Position numbers and translations under genes: made by a program
The notes under the pieces: model-generated
Told to the model about the DNA's origin: nothing
What the model saw: only the letters and a program-made list of their open reading frames with translations
The model's database searches: none
NCBI GenBank assembly: GCA_964507855.1
Contig: CAZDQS010000003.1
Coordinates: forward strand, 85,988-149,987
Reading direction: 5' to 3'
DNA: 64,000 nt
Source: an uncultured Candidatus Saccharibacteria bacterium
Lineage (GTDB): Bacteria > Patescibacteriota > Saccharimonadia > Saccharimonadales > CAZDQS01
Shown: piece by piece, positions 45,384 to 54,414 of the stretch
How the letters are laid out: the number at the start of each line of letters is the position of its first letter
Numbering within the stretch: position 1 is the first letter of the stretch

Positions 45384-46325
45384 TTAACCCTTAATTTGTC
45401 CCTGATTTGTAGCCGAAAGAGGTGTAATCTTCTTTTCTTCCGGCGTAAACGGTTCAACACCATACTTTTCGACCGACGAGTCGACCTCACTCTCATCAGT
45501 ACGCTCATGGTGTTCATCGTGATGGTCCTCGTGTGCGTGCGCCGTCGCCAGTCCCAGGTACGTCGTGGTCAGGATAGTAAAGACGTACGCCTGGATACCA
45601 GCTACCAGGACTTCAAACAACAGGATAGGAATAACTGCGAATGGCGTGCGGCCGCCTGCCAGAATCATCGAAGTAAAGACCGCGATGAGAATTTCGCCCA
45701 CGGCGGTATTGAGGAAGAGCCGGAGCGCAAGGCTCAGGATACGCGTAAACTCACCAAAGACTTCCAGGACGCCGATAAAGAAGTTGATCGGATTCCACGG
45801 CTTGTTGGTGAAGTAGTGCTGCAGATGCTTCTTGCCGCCCTGCATGCGGATAGAGAGAATCTGCACCATCACGATCGCAATAACAGACATCGCAATCGTG
45901 CCGTTGATATCTGCCGTAAAGGGGCGGAACAGCGGCGTCTCGACGCCATCGACATTGAGATGCACGCCTGGGCCGACAATCGGCAGAATACCCATGAGGT
46001 TATTGAAGATAATAAAGAGGAAGTACGCGAGCAGAAACGGCGCGAACCGGACGGCATTCTTTCGGCCGCCCAAAGGACCTTCGAGCAGATTGAGGACAAA
46101 TTCGATGACCACCTCCATGGCCTGCACCGCACCCTTGGCGGGGCGGAGCTTCACCCGGCGTGCAGTCCAGATAAGCAGCGCGGCGATGACAACAGCAACA
46201 ATAACGCCATAGACCATGGCATTAGTAACGGTGAGTGGCCCGAGCGTGAACAGCTTTTCGGCTTTGAGGCTGATGTGGATACCGTTATCAGCCGCAAAGA
46301 AAGCGGGGAGCAAGAAGGTTAGCAT
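45384..46325 (-). CDS. atpB: Fo ATP synthase subunit a, with His/acidic C-terminal extension
   Basis: ATG 46325 was chosen (SD GAGG 8-9 nt upstream; the track starts at GTG 46343). 'LSLALRLFLNTAVGEIL' contains the essential Arg region. The tail is 'HAHEDHHDEHHERTDESE'. Confidence 0.87.
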   Translation of the reverse strand: MLTFLLPAFFAADNGIHISLKAEKLFTLGPLTVTNAMVYGVIVAVVIAALLIWTARRVKLRPAKGAVQAMEVVIEFVLNLLEGPLGGRKNAVRFAPFLLAYFLFIIFNNLMGILPIVGPGVHLNVDGVETPLFRPFTADINGTIAMSVIAIVMVQILSIRMQGGKKHLQHYFTNKPWNPINFFIGVLEVFGEFTRILSLALRLFLNTAVGEILIAVFTSMILAGGRTPFAVIPILLFEVLVAGIQAYVFTILTTTYLGLATAHAHEDHHDEHHERTDESEVDSSVEKYGVEPFTPEEKKITPLSATNQGQIKG

Positions 46326-46406
46326 ACAGGAACCTCGCTCCACGACCGGACACGGGGCACTCTACTCACTGAGTTTGCCTTTGCACCTCTTATCATTTAC
46401 GGGGCG

Positions 46407-46415
46407 ATTATAGCA
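46407..46415 (-). promoter_or_regulatory. extended -10 (TGCTATAAT) candidate promoter of the atp operon
   Basis: On the minus strand TGCTATAAT lies just downstream of hairpin GACCATT-gcgcgccg-AATGGTC, which ends the upstream gene. It is about 85 nt upstream of the atpB ATG. Confidence 0.45.
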
Positions 46416-46473
46416 GCAGACCATTCGGCGCGCAATGGTCATACCCACACAAAAATACGGTGATTATGGCAGA

Positions 46474-47091
46474 TTAGAGGCCAAAAGCGCGCTTCAGACG
46501 GATCGGAATGGTCAGCTCTTCGGGCCCGGAGCAGGCGCTGGGATCAGACTTTTTATTGTACTCTTCCGCATCCTTAGGGATGGCGTCATAGCGCTCACCA
46601 AGCTCCGACTTAGATGAATCACCGTAGTCAATGAGCAGCATGTCGCCACTTTCGATCAAACGGTTAGCTACTGAGCCGATTTCGTTGCCATTCAATATAA
46701 ATGTCAGTTTACCGCCTTCGCCATCGACAAACACACCGTCATCCGTCTTGATGAGGTTGTTGCCAAGTGCGTAACTCAAGTTTGCAAAAAAGTGCCCCCA
46801 GGTCACCCCAGGTTCGTGCACATGAATCACATGGTTGACCATGTCATGCATATGCACGCGGGTCTTTGGGTCGCTGCCTTCGGCGCTACAACTCTGCACC
46901 TCTTCATAAAATGTCGGGTCATCGAACTCATCCCGCTCACCATTGATGTAGAGCGCAAAGTTTGCATGGTAGTGCACATCGTCACCGGACTGCGTCAGAA
47001 CATGCACACCAGCAAGCCACAACACACCACCAACAAAGCCCGCAAGGGCGGCTAATATAAGAGTTCTGGGAAGTTTCTTTACAATATCCAT
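46474..47091 (-). CDS. membrane-anchored His-rich protein, unknown function (conserved hypothetical type)
   Basis: 205 aa with an N-terminal TM. His clusters are 'VHYHANF', 'RVHMHDMVNHVIHVHEPG'. It has 2 Cys. Confidence 0.62.
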   Translation of the reverse strand: MDIVKKLPRTLILAALAGFVGGVLWLAGVHVLTQSGDDVHYHANFALYINGERDEFDDPTFYEEVQSCSAEGSDPKTRVHMHDMVNHVIHVHEPGVTWGHFFANLSYALGNNLIKTDDGVFVDGEGGKLTFILNGNEIGSVANRLIESGDMLLIDYGDSSKSELGERYDAIPKDAEEYNKKSDPSACSGPEELTIPIRLKRAFGL

Positions 47092-47123
47092 ACTGCTAGT
47101 GTACCAGATGGTATAATAAGATT

Positions 47124-47309
47124 ATGATGACATTACTCGCCCATGCCGGGCACGACCACTCGGAACCAACCGCCACAACTAACAACCAGCTTCTTAGCTG
47201 GCCAGTGGCAGCAATATTGATGGCTGCCGTTGTTACTGCCGCGGTCGTCGCGACACTTGTGTATCTGAACCGCAAATCTGTACCAGCAGAGAAAGCCGAG
47301 AAGAAATGA
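47124..47309 (+). CDS. 61-aa membrane peptide with N-terminal His cluster (HAGHDH)
   Basis: It reads 'MMTLLAHAGHDHSEP' followed by a TM 'WPVAAILMAAVVTAAVVATLVYL'. It has an ATGA overlap with the following glutaredoxin gene, and TATAAT lies 6 nt before the ATG. Confidence 0.5.
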   Translation: MMTLLAHAGHDHSEPTATTNNQLLSWPVAAILMAAVVTAAVVATLVYLNRKSVPAEKAEKK

Positions 47310-47548
47310 TAGCAATCTACACAACCCCAACTTGTGGCTTTTGCCACATGGCAAAGCAATACTTCCAGAGCCTCGGTGTTGAGTATGAGGAACACGACCT
47401 CACACAAGACCACGAGGCCCAACAGTGGGTCTACGAAAAGACCGGCCAGCTCGCTGTACCAGTCATTGATATCGAGGGTGATGTTATTCTCGGTTTTGAC
47501 AAGCCTCGCATCGATACCGCACTGCGTGAAAACAAGCTCGTCTCTTAG
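47306..47548 (+). CDS. glutaredoxin-like protein (NrdH/YruB type)
   Basis: 80 aa with the active site 'TCGFCHMAK' and 'VPVIDIEGDVILGF'. Confidence 0.85.
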   Translation: MIAIYTTPTCGFCHMAKQYFQSLGVEYEEHDLTQDHEAQQWVYEKTGQLAVPVIDIEGDVILGFDKPRIDTALRENKLVS

Positions 47549-47550
47549 AT

Positions 47551-47572
47551 AACACTACAGCTAGTGTTTTTC
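47551..47572 (+). terminator. rho-independent terminator
   Basis: AACACTA-cagc-TAGTGTT followed by TTTTCTT. Confidence 0.65.
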
Positions 47573-47624
47573 TTGCGCGCGCTAACTCTATATTTGTATA
47601 ATAAGGTAAATACAAGGAGGGTAT

Positions 47625-48194
47625 ATGGGCGAAACAGCAGCAGATTACACACCAGATCAAACGCCGGACCTTATACTTCACGAAGCGGACACTCCCGAAG
47701 AAACCGGCCCCACGAGACGGCTCGGTAACCTCTCGCTGGCATCAAGCGAGCTCGAATCACCCATCAAATACCCTACCTATACTTTTCGTATAAATGAGCA
47801 CCATATGCTCGACAGGGGCGTGCTGGTCACCTCACCATTCGCAAGAGTCCGCGAAAGCATGCGTGCCTTGAGTGCTGTCCGTCCTGAGTATGGAGAGCTG
47901 GCTCGCCCTAACCCCCGCGATCGAGCACTGAAGAAACACCAGGCCTACATTAAACAGAAACACATCACCGCCGATGAACAGAAGCAAGTAACAGCCGAGA
48001 CATTCGCCGATATGGTTGAAGAAAACCATCCTGCCGCCCAGCTTATCGTGCAGATAATAAATAGTTATAGCGATAAGCTAGGAGTTGACAAGCTACAACC
48101 GCTTGTTGACGACCTTATGAGTTTGACCGCCTGGGACCGCATGCAACCACGCTTTCAGGAGATTGCCAGGAACAGAAAGAACGGCAATACATAA
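47625..48194 (+). CDS. hypothetical protein (189 aa), translationally coupled to the adenosyltransferase gene
   Basis: It has a good promoter/SD (TGTATAAT...AAGGAGGG). The N-terminus is acidic and Pro/Thr-rich. Its stop shares 1 nt with the next ATG (TAATG). Confidence 0.6.
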   Translation: MGETAADYTPDQTPDLILHEADTPEETGPTRRLGNLSLASSELESPIKYPTYTFRINEHHMLDRGVLVTSPFARVRESMRALSAVRPEYGELARPNPRDRALKKHQAYIKQKHITADEQKQVTAETFADMVEENHPAAQLIVQIINSYSDKLGVDKLQPLVDDLMSLTAWDRMQPRFQEIARNRKNGNT

Positions 48195-48763
48195 TGGCTT
48201 TTGAAGATTATCAGCAAAAGAAATCTGTCGCGCTCGTCTACACTGGGGAGAGCAAAGGCAAAACCAGCGCCAGCGTCGGCCTCATGGCACGAGCGCTCGG
48301 CAACGGCTGGCGGGTCGCCTTCATCCAGTTCATCAAGCACTGGGAAGTTGGTGAGCACAAATTTATCCGCGAAATCGACAAAGTGTTCGGCGACCGGTTG
48401 CTGTTCCACAAGGGCGGGAAGGGCTTCTACAATGCCGGCGACCTGAGCGCCAAGAACGTCACTGAAAACGAGCACAAGCAGTTTGCCAGGGAAACATACG
48501 ACATTGCCTACCGCGCCGCCACCAGCGGCGACTACGATTTGGTTATATGTGACGAGATCAACAACGCTGTACATGACGGCCTGCTGACCGAAGATGACAT
48601 GGAAAAATTACTGCGTGACCGCCACCAAAACACAAGCGTCTGTCTAACTGGCCGCAACTTCCCGGAGAAATACCTCGAACTGGTAGACATCGCCACCAAA
48701 ATGACCAAAATCAAGCATCACTTCGACGAAAAGTTCCTTGCTAACAAGGGTATAGATTACTAG
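48194..48763 (+). CDS. cobO: cob(I)yrinic acid a,c-diamide adenosyltransferase family (CobO/BtuR-type)
   Basis: 189 aa with 'VYTGESKGKTSASVGLMARALGNGWRVAFIQFIK' and 'LVICDEIN'. Confidence 0.82.
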   Translation: MAFEDYQQKKSVALVYTGESKGKTSASVGLMARALGNGWRVAFIQFIKHWEVGEHKFIREIDKVFGDRLLFHKGGKGFYNAGDLSAKNVTENEHKQFARETYDIAYRAATSGDYDLVICDEINNAVHDGLLTEDDMEKLLRDRHQNTSVCLTGRNFPEKYLELVDIATKMTKIKHHFDEKFLANKGIDY

Positions 48764-48774
48764 GCCCTCATTAT

Positions 48775-48801
48775 CTAGCACTCTTGACATGTGAGTGCCA
48801 G
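48775..48801. promoter_or_regulatory. CIRCE-like inverted repeat (HrcA operator candidate) overlapping the hsp20 promoter
   Basis: CTAGCACTC-ttgacatgt-GAGTGCCAG compares with the consensus TTAGCACTC-N9-GAGTGCTAA (8/9 and 7/9). The spacer contains TTGACA. Confidence 0.55.
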
Positions 48802-48876
48802 ATATTTTACATTTTTATAGGGGGAAACCCCTTATGATAAACCTGTAAACCTTAACATTAAGGAAGGAGGAAGATT

Positions 48877-49341
48877 ATGCAACTAATACGATGGAACGAC
48901 GATCCATTTGCGAGCATCGGTTCGTTACACTCCCAAATTGATGACATGTTTAACAGATACTTCAGCGCGCCTGTACACAGCGGCCTCGGCACTATGCCGA
49001 CAATGGATGTCTATACCGAAGAAGACAAACAGCTTGTCGCCGAGATCAATGCTCCGGGCTTCAGCAAAGATGACATTGAAGTTAGCGTAGACAATGGCAT
49101 CCTCGAAGTCCGCGGCGAGAAGCACGAGAAAGACGAAGAAAAGAATAAAAAGCGCAATTACATGGTGCGCGAATCGCACGCCAGCTTTTACCGGCGCATC
49201 GCCCTGCCGAAGCATGCGGACGGCGACAAGGTAACAGCACATTTTGAAAACGGCGTCCTGAAGGTAGTAGTGCCATTCAGTGAATTGCCCAAGCCAAAGC
49301 GAGTTGCAATTTCCCACGGCAAAGCAGAAGACAAGAAATAA
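48877..49341 (+). CDS. Hsp20/alpha-crystallin small heat-shock protein
   Basis: 154 aa with 'PTMDVYTEEDKQLVAEINAPGFSKDDIEVSVDNGILEVRGEK' and 'SFYRRIALP'. SD AAGGAGGA is present. Confidence 0.9.
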   Translation: MQLIRWNDDPFASIGSLHSQIDDMFNRYFSAPVHSGLGTMPTMDVYTEEDKQLVAEINAPGFSKDDIEVSVDNGILEVRGEKHEKDEEKNKKRNYMVRESHASFYRRIALPKHADGDKVTAHFENGVLKVVVPFSELPKPKRVAISHGKAEDKK

Positions 49342-49408
49342 GGGTTAACGCCACACGCGCATAGTCAGAATTGATTTGCGGCTCTGTTTTTGTGCTTAAA
49401 TAAAGCAT

Positions 49409-50413
49409 ATGCAGCGCGCAAGAGCCAAAGTACAGATACCACCAAAACACCATCGCGCGGTCAGGATTAGCGGGAAAGTCATGGTGGCGGGAGCGCTTTT
49501 TGTCGCCTGGTCCCTTGGCTTAACCCTGCTCGTCCTGGCCATCGCGTGGCTTGTTTTCGTCCAACTGGGCCTGAACCCAAACAGCAGCGAGATCTCGCAA
49601 GCCCAACTTGCACAAGTCTCTTTCTGGGTCACTATCTGGTCCGTGCTTGCGGTCTACGTTATACAGCGGCTGCTTCGCCACCGACGGCGGATATTCGCCC
49701 GCTACAGCCGCCGGCTGCTACTTATTGCCATACCTACCGGCCTCATTGTCGGCAGCCTCACGACCGCTGGCTTGTCGATTGCGGCCTATCACACCCCGGA
49801 GAGCCCGGAGCTCTGCAGCATCCAAGATACGCTCAAAGTCGCACTCGCTAGCACACTCGCGATTGATACCAATCAAGGAAATGGCAGTGGTTTCGTGATT
49901 GACAACCAGGGGTACGTGGTAACGAACTACCATGTTATTGAGGGTGCCACCGCGCTACACACCTGGCTCGATGAGCAGACACAAGTCCCGCTTGAAGTAG
50001 TGCGGACCTCGCCAGAACATGACCTTGCCTTGCTGCGGCTCGCTCAGCCCATACCGCAACATTTGACGTTCGCTGGTCTTGACGACACGCATCCGGCCGA
50101 AGAGGTCTTCGCTATCGGCTTTCCTGGCAATGCATTTAGCGGGGGTTACGCGACGGTCACCAGTGGTGTTGTCTCACGAAAAGTTATCCCCGCCGGCTCC
50201 TACGACCTACCGCCAGACATCGAGCTATTCCAGACAGACGCGGCAATCAATCCCGGCAATTCCGGTGGGCCAATTATCAGCAAATGTGGCGTTATTGGTG
50301 TTATTGCTGCTATCTCCACCTCAGATTCGCAGTTCGGCGGGCTTCCGCGTGAAGAAGGTATCAGTTACGCTATAAGCAGTGAAACCGTAAAGCGCGTATT
50401 GGAGTTACCATGA
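49409..50413 (+). CDS. membrane-anchored trypsin-like serine protease (S1C, no PDZ)
   Basis: 334 aa with N-terminal TM segments. 'GSGFVIDNQGYVVTNYHVI' carries the His and 'NPGNSGGPII' the Ser. Confidence 0.85.
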   Translation: MQRARAKVQIPPKHHRAVRISGKVMVAGALFVAWSLGLTLLVLAIAWLVFVQLGLNPNSSEISQAQLAQVSFWVTIWSVLAVYVIQRLLRHRRRIFARYSRRLLLIAIPTGLIVGSLTTAGLSIAAYHTPESPELCSIQDTLKVALASTLAIDTNQGNGSGFVIDNQGYVVTNYHVIEGATALHTWLDEQTQVPLEVVRTSPEHDLALLRLAQPIPQHLTFAGLDDTHPAEEVFAIGFPGNAFSGGYATVTSGVVSRKVIPAGSYDLPPDIELFQTDAAINPGNSGGPIISKCGVIGVIAAISTSDSQFGGLPREEGISYAISSETVKRVLELP

Positions 50414-50943
50414 GCAAACCAACACTATATCTCATGCTCGGCTACCCGGGAGCGGGCAAGACGACAACGGCCCAAGTCATTCACAAACTTACCGGCGCCG
50501 AACACATTTGGGCCGATCACGAACGCCGCAAACGTTTTGGCGCACCGACATTCTCGCACGCCGAAAATCAAATGCTCTACAACGACCTGAACGCCAAGAC
50601 TAACCAGTTTCTAGCCGAGGGAAAAAGCGTTATTTTTGATACCAACTTCAATCTCTACAAAGACCGTGAGCGTTTGCGCGGTTTTGCCGCCAAACACGGC
50701 GTGAACACCGTAATCGTGTGGGTGTCGACACCACGCGAGATTGCACGTGAGCGCGCAACGAAAGGCGCCATCCTCCAAGACACACGGCTGCTCGGAGACT
50801 ATTCGCAAGAAGAGTTCGACCGCCAAAGCCGCAAGCTTGAGCCGCCACGGCAAGATGAAGCAGTTATTGAAGTGGACGGAACAAAAGTCACCGACGAATA
50901 CATACAGAATCTGCTCGCCCAGAATGAAATAATGGCTTCCTAG
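50410..50943 (+). CDS. P-loop kinase-like ATPase (AAA_33-type)
   Basis: 177 aa with Walker A 'GYPGAGKTT'. It has an ATGA overlap with the protease gene. Confidence 0.68.
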   Translation: MSKPTLYLMLGYPGAGKTTTAQVIHKLTGAEHIWADHERRKRFGAPTFSHAENQMLYNDLNAKTNQFLAEGKSVIFDTNFNLYKDRERLRGFAAKHGVNTVIVWVSTPREIARERATKGAILQDTRLLGDYSQEEFDRQSRKLEPPRQDEAVIEVDGTKVTDEYIQNLLAQNEIMAS

Positions 50944-50948
50944 CTTCC

Positions 50949-51527
50949 ATGAAGCTCGCCGGCATACGCATAGGCAAGCGCACACCACTATGGGTGGTGC
51001 TCATCGCCCTGACACTGTTCGGCATCCAAGAACTTGGACTGCTGGAGCGCCCCAAGCAGGCCATTGAGCAAGCCCAGCCGGGGCTTTACCGGGTCGTGAG
51101 CGTCGAGGACGGCGACACAATAACCGTCGCGATGAATAATTCAGAAGAACGGGTGCGCTTCATTGGTGTCGATACGCCCGAAACGCATGACCCACGCAAA
51201 CCGGTCCAGTGCTTCGGCAAAGCCGCATCAGCGTTTACGCGAGATTTAATCGGCAACCATGACGTGCGCCTGGAGGCCGACCCGCTCAACACCAACCGCG
51301 ACCGCTATAACCGCCTGCTGCGCTATGTCTACCTGCCGGACGGGACGTTGGTTAATGCCGAGATTATCAAGCAAGGTTACGGCTTCGCGTACACCAGTTT
51401 CCCTATGACAAAAGCAGAGGAGTTTAAGGCGCTCGAGAAAGAGGCAAGAGAGCAAAACCGCGGACTCTGGAGAGATTGCACCCCACAGCCAAACGAGTTC
51501 GGCGGCTACACCTCAAACCCGGAATAG
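50949..51527 (+). CDS. membrane-anchored thermonuclease (SNase/micrococcal nuclease family)
   Basis: 192 aa with a TM 'LWVVLIALTLFGI'. 'VSVEDGDTITV', 'VRFIGVDTPE' and 'NRLLRYVYL' are present. Confidence 0.85.
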   Translation: MKLAGIRIGKRTPLWVVLIALTLFGIQELGLLERPKQAIEQAQPGLYRVVSVEDGDTITVAMNNSEERVRFIGVDTPETHDPRKPVQCFGKAASAFTRDLIGNHDVRLEADPLNTNRDRYNRLLRYVYLPDGTLVNAEIIKQGYGFAYTSFPMTKAEEFKALEKEAREQNRGLWRDCTPQPNEFGGYTSNPE

Positions 51528-51576
51528 CCCCACCACAAAAGGGTGACCCCTAAGGTCTGTTCTGCAACAAGAGAGG

Positions 51577-52380
51577 TTAGCGGGCTTTTGGCAGGTTTTT
51601 TATACGGGAATAGGCTTGCTCGATAAGAGCAAGCGGCCAGAACAAGAGCACCGAGCCTCTCAGTAAGCCCTGCAGCAGCGTCCGCCACAGGCTGGTATTC
51701 AGATAAAACGCCCGCACAGCCCGGAAATGGTAGCGAAGTTGCTGCAAAAACGGTCGCTGCAGGGAGCGGAACGAACAACCAACCGTGATTGCGGGAACGT
51801 GCCGGATATCCCCAAGTGGCGCAAGCGCAAACGCCAGGTCATAATCTTCCCATATATCAGGTCGTAAGTGCAGCTTGGGCTTGACCTGTAGCCACAACGA
51901 ACCCCGAAATGCGCAGTTCGACCCCCACAACACCACATGGCCAGCATGCAATCGGGTAAAAACGCAGTGGTACAGATGAAGCAAAAACACCCCCGGCCAC
52001 TTGACCGGGACGTCGTACGGATCGGGGTGCCCATTAAATGCAACCATTTCACGGTCATCAGCAAACAGCTCTGTCACATCAGTAACCCATGTCGGCGGCA
52101 GCACCGTATCCGCATCGATACGGGCAAAAATATCACCTGATGCGGCACTGAAGCCAGTGGCTTGGGCAAAAGCCTGGTGTTGGCGTTTTTCGTGCAGCAC
52201 TGTGACAAAAGGGAAGCGCTGCGCAACCTCCACCGTCTTGTCAGTAGAATTGTTGTCAACCACAATAACTTCCTTCGGCCGCACGGTTTGATTCGCAATC
52301 GATTCAAGACAGGCACCAAGGTAGCGTTCTTCGTTGTAGGCAGGTATAATAATGGAAAGCGTAAGGGTTTTTCTCGACAC
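51577..52380 (-). CDS. glycosyltransferase family 2
   Basis: 267 aa with 'LSIIIPAYNEERYL', 'VVDNNSTDKT' and 'RIDADT'. Confidence 0.85.
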   Translation of the reverse strand: MSRKTLTLSIIIPAYNEERYLGACLESIANQTVRPKEVIVVDNNSTDKTVEVAQRFPFVTVLHEKRQHQAFAQATGFSAASGDIFARIDADTVLPPTWVTDVTELFADDREMVAFNGHPDPYDVPVKWPGVFLLHLYHCVFTRLHAGHVVLWGSNCAFRGSLWLQVKPKLHLRPDIWEDYDLAFALAPLGDIRHVPAITVGCSFRSLQRPFLQQLRYHFRAVRAFYLNTSLWRTLLQGLLRGSVLLFWPLALIEQAYSRIKNLPKAR

Positions 52381-52400
52381 TACCGTAGAATACTAACAGA

Positions 52401-53540
52401 ATGCCAGCAAAAAGCAGAACGACTAATAACAGGCAAACAGCAAAAAGCAGCAAGCAGGGGAGCCGCAACCCCCTGAAGCATTACACTGTTCATGTGGTAC
52501 GAAACTACTGGCGGCGGGGCATATGGCAAAAACTCATACTCACAGTCTTCGCCATAGTTTTGCTGCTAGTCGGCTCCATGTACGGCATTGCGCAGTGGTA
52601 CATACACCGCCATGCCAATGAGCCGTTTGTTACAGCCGCAACCTTTATCCCACGCTACGCGCGCCACCTGGGCGTAGACCCCGAAGAGACGATGGATGCG
52701 ATGATTAACGATTTGGGCATCCGCCAGTTCCGGCTCGTTAGCTACTGGGACGACATCGAAACAACTCCCGGGGTGTACGACTTCTCCGAGCTGGATTGGC
52801 AGTTCAAAAAAGCCGAAGAATCAGGCTCCAAAGTATCACTCGCCGTCGGACTGCGCCAGCCGCGTTGGCCGGAGTGCCACCATCCCGAATGGACCAAGAG
52901 CCGGCCTATCGACGAATGGTACGAGGATCTGAAGAACGTCATGCGAGCAACAATTGAGCGTTACAAAGCAAGCCCAGCCCTCGAAAGTTACCAGCTGGAA
53001 AACGAATTCTTTATGACCGTGTTCGGCATTTGTCCGGACCACACACGTGAGCGTTTGGTTGATGAATATAATTTCGTCAAGTCGCTCGACAGTGAACACC
53101 CGATCATCGTCAGCCGCAGCAACAACTGGGTTGGCATACCAATTGGCGAACCACGTGCCGACCAGTTCGCTATCTCCGTCTATAAACGAGTCTGGGACAA
53201 GACGATTACCAAACGCTACTTTGAGTATCCTTTGCCTGCATGGTTCTACGCCTTCCTGGCAGGCGCCGGAGAGATTGCAACAGGCCGAGATATGATCATT
53301 CACGAACTACAGGCAGAAGCTTGGCTGCCGGACGGGTTTGACATGCACACCGCACCCGCCGAGGAGCTCTACAAGTCAATGAACGCAGAACGGCTCAAAC
53401 ACCGCTTTGAGTACGGCCGCGCCACTGGTATGCGAACCATGTACCTCTGGGGCGTCGAGTGGTGGTATTCCCGCATGATCAACCACAACGACCCCAGCCT
53501 CTGGAACGTCGCGAAAGAAGAGATCAAAGAGCTTAATTAA
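52401..53540 (+). CDS. membrane-anchored glycoside-hydrolase-like TIM-barrel protein (clan GH-A-like)
   Basis: 379 aa with an N-terminal TM. 'FRLVSYWDDIETTPGVYDFSELDW' and 'YQLENEF' (candidate acid/base NE) are present. The family is not certain. Confidence 0.58.
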   Translation: MPAKSRTTNNRQTAKSSKQGSRNPLKHYTVHVVRNYWRRGIWQKLILTVFAIVLLLVGSMYGIAQWYIHRHANEPFVTAATFIPRYARHLGVDPEETMDAMINDLGIRQFRLVSYWDDIETTPGVYDFSELDWQFKKAEESGSKVSLAVGLRQPRWPECHHPEWTKSRPIDEWYEDLKNVMRATIERYKASPALESYQLENEFFMTVFGICPDHTRERLVDEYNFVKSLDSEHPIIVSRSNNWVGIPIGEPRADQFAISVYKRVWDKTITKRYFEYPLPAWFYAFLAGAGEIATGRDMIIHELQAEAWLPDGFDMHTAPAEELYKSMNAERLKHRFEYGRATGMRTMYLWGVEWWYSRMINHNDPSLWNVAKEEIKELN

Positions 53541-53545
53541 GCTTC

Positions 53546-54343
53546 TTACTTAGAGCGAAGATATTGTATTACCGTCCCGGCTACACGTCGTGGGTTGAAC
53601 TGCTCATCGTTGTGGCTGGCTTCACTGCCTAGTCGTAGCCGGCCATCAGGACCATCATCTAAGGAGACTGGCGTCGCGTAAGCAAACTTAGCAACAGCAT
53701 CACCTTGCTGTATTCGCTCATCTGTATATTCCATAACCTGTGCTGCTGTACGTTCTATCTGCTTATGGCTGAAAGTCTTGTCTTCAGCATAACCCATAAT
53801 CGCCAACCGAGCTTGAGGTAATTCTCCTTTTCGAATGAGCCGCTCGGTGCCAACATGACGACATCAACATCTTGAAAACACGTCCAACCACGTTCCTCGG
53901 CTATGCGCTGCATTTCATCAAATACCAGACTACCGTAGCTATGAGAAATCACGTTCAAGCGCTCGTTTTGTAGGCCTTCAGCCTCAACAATTGAAAGAAA
54001 ATTTAGCGCCTGTGTGAGGGTAGCATCTTTTTGCCTTTTTCGTTTCGAACTATACCCTTACGATGCTGATCAGGGACGATAACATCATATCCCTGCTTCG
54101 CAAACTCAAGGGCAAATGGCGCTTTTGCGATTACACCCTCAGTAAATCCCGGTACATACAGGAACCGCTCCGTATCATCACCACGACCTTCACCCAAACG
54201 CACATACTCGATAGATTCACCATCCATGTGCTCTAAAGGAGCTGAACGCCAGCCTTTTACGACTTGATGTCTTGAAGCTCATATGCATCATAAAAGCGTG
54301 TTGCCAGCTCATTGCTTATCCGGTGACCTGTTTCAATACTCAT
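53546..54343 (-). pseudogene. alpha/beta hydrolase pseudogene broken into >=4 frame segments
   Basis: Four consecutive fragments lie in different frames: MSIETGHRISNELATRFYDAYELQDIKS*, then ...MDGESIEYVRLGEG..FLYVPGFTEG.., then ..NVISHSYGSLVF.. (GxSxG-like), then ..MAIMGYAEDK..VIQYLRSK. I traced the 1-nt frame shift at about 54003 by hand. Confidence 0.7.
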
Positions 54344-54414
54344 GTTTGATACTATATCATACTCTGTGATTTTTGTCTATACTTCTCACGCTTTTCTGAT
54401 ACAATATTCACATA

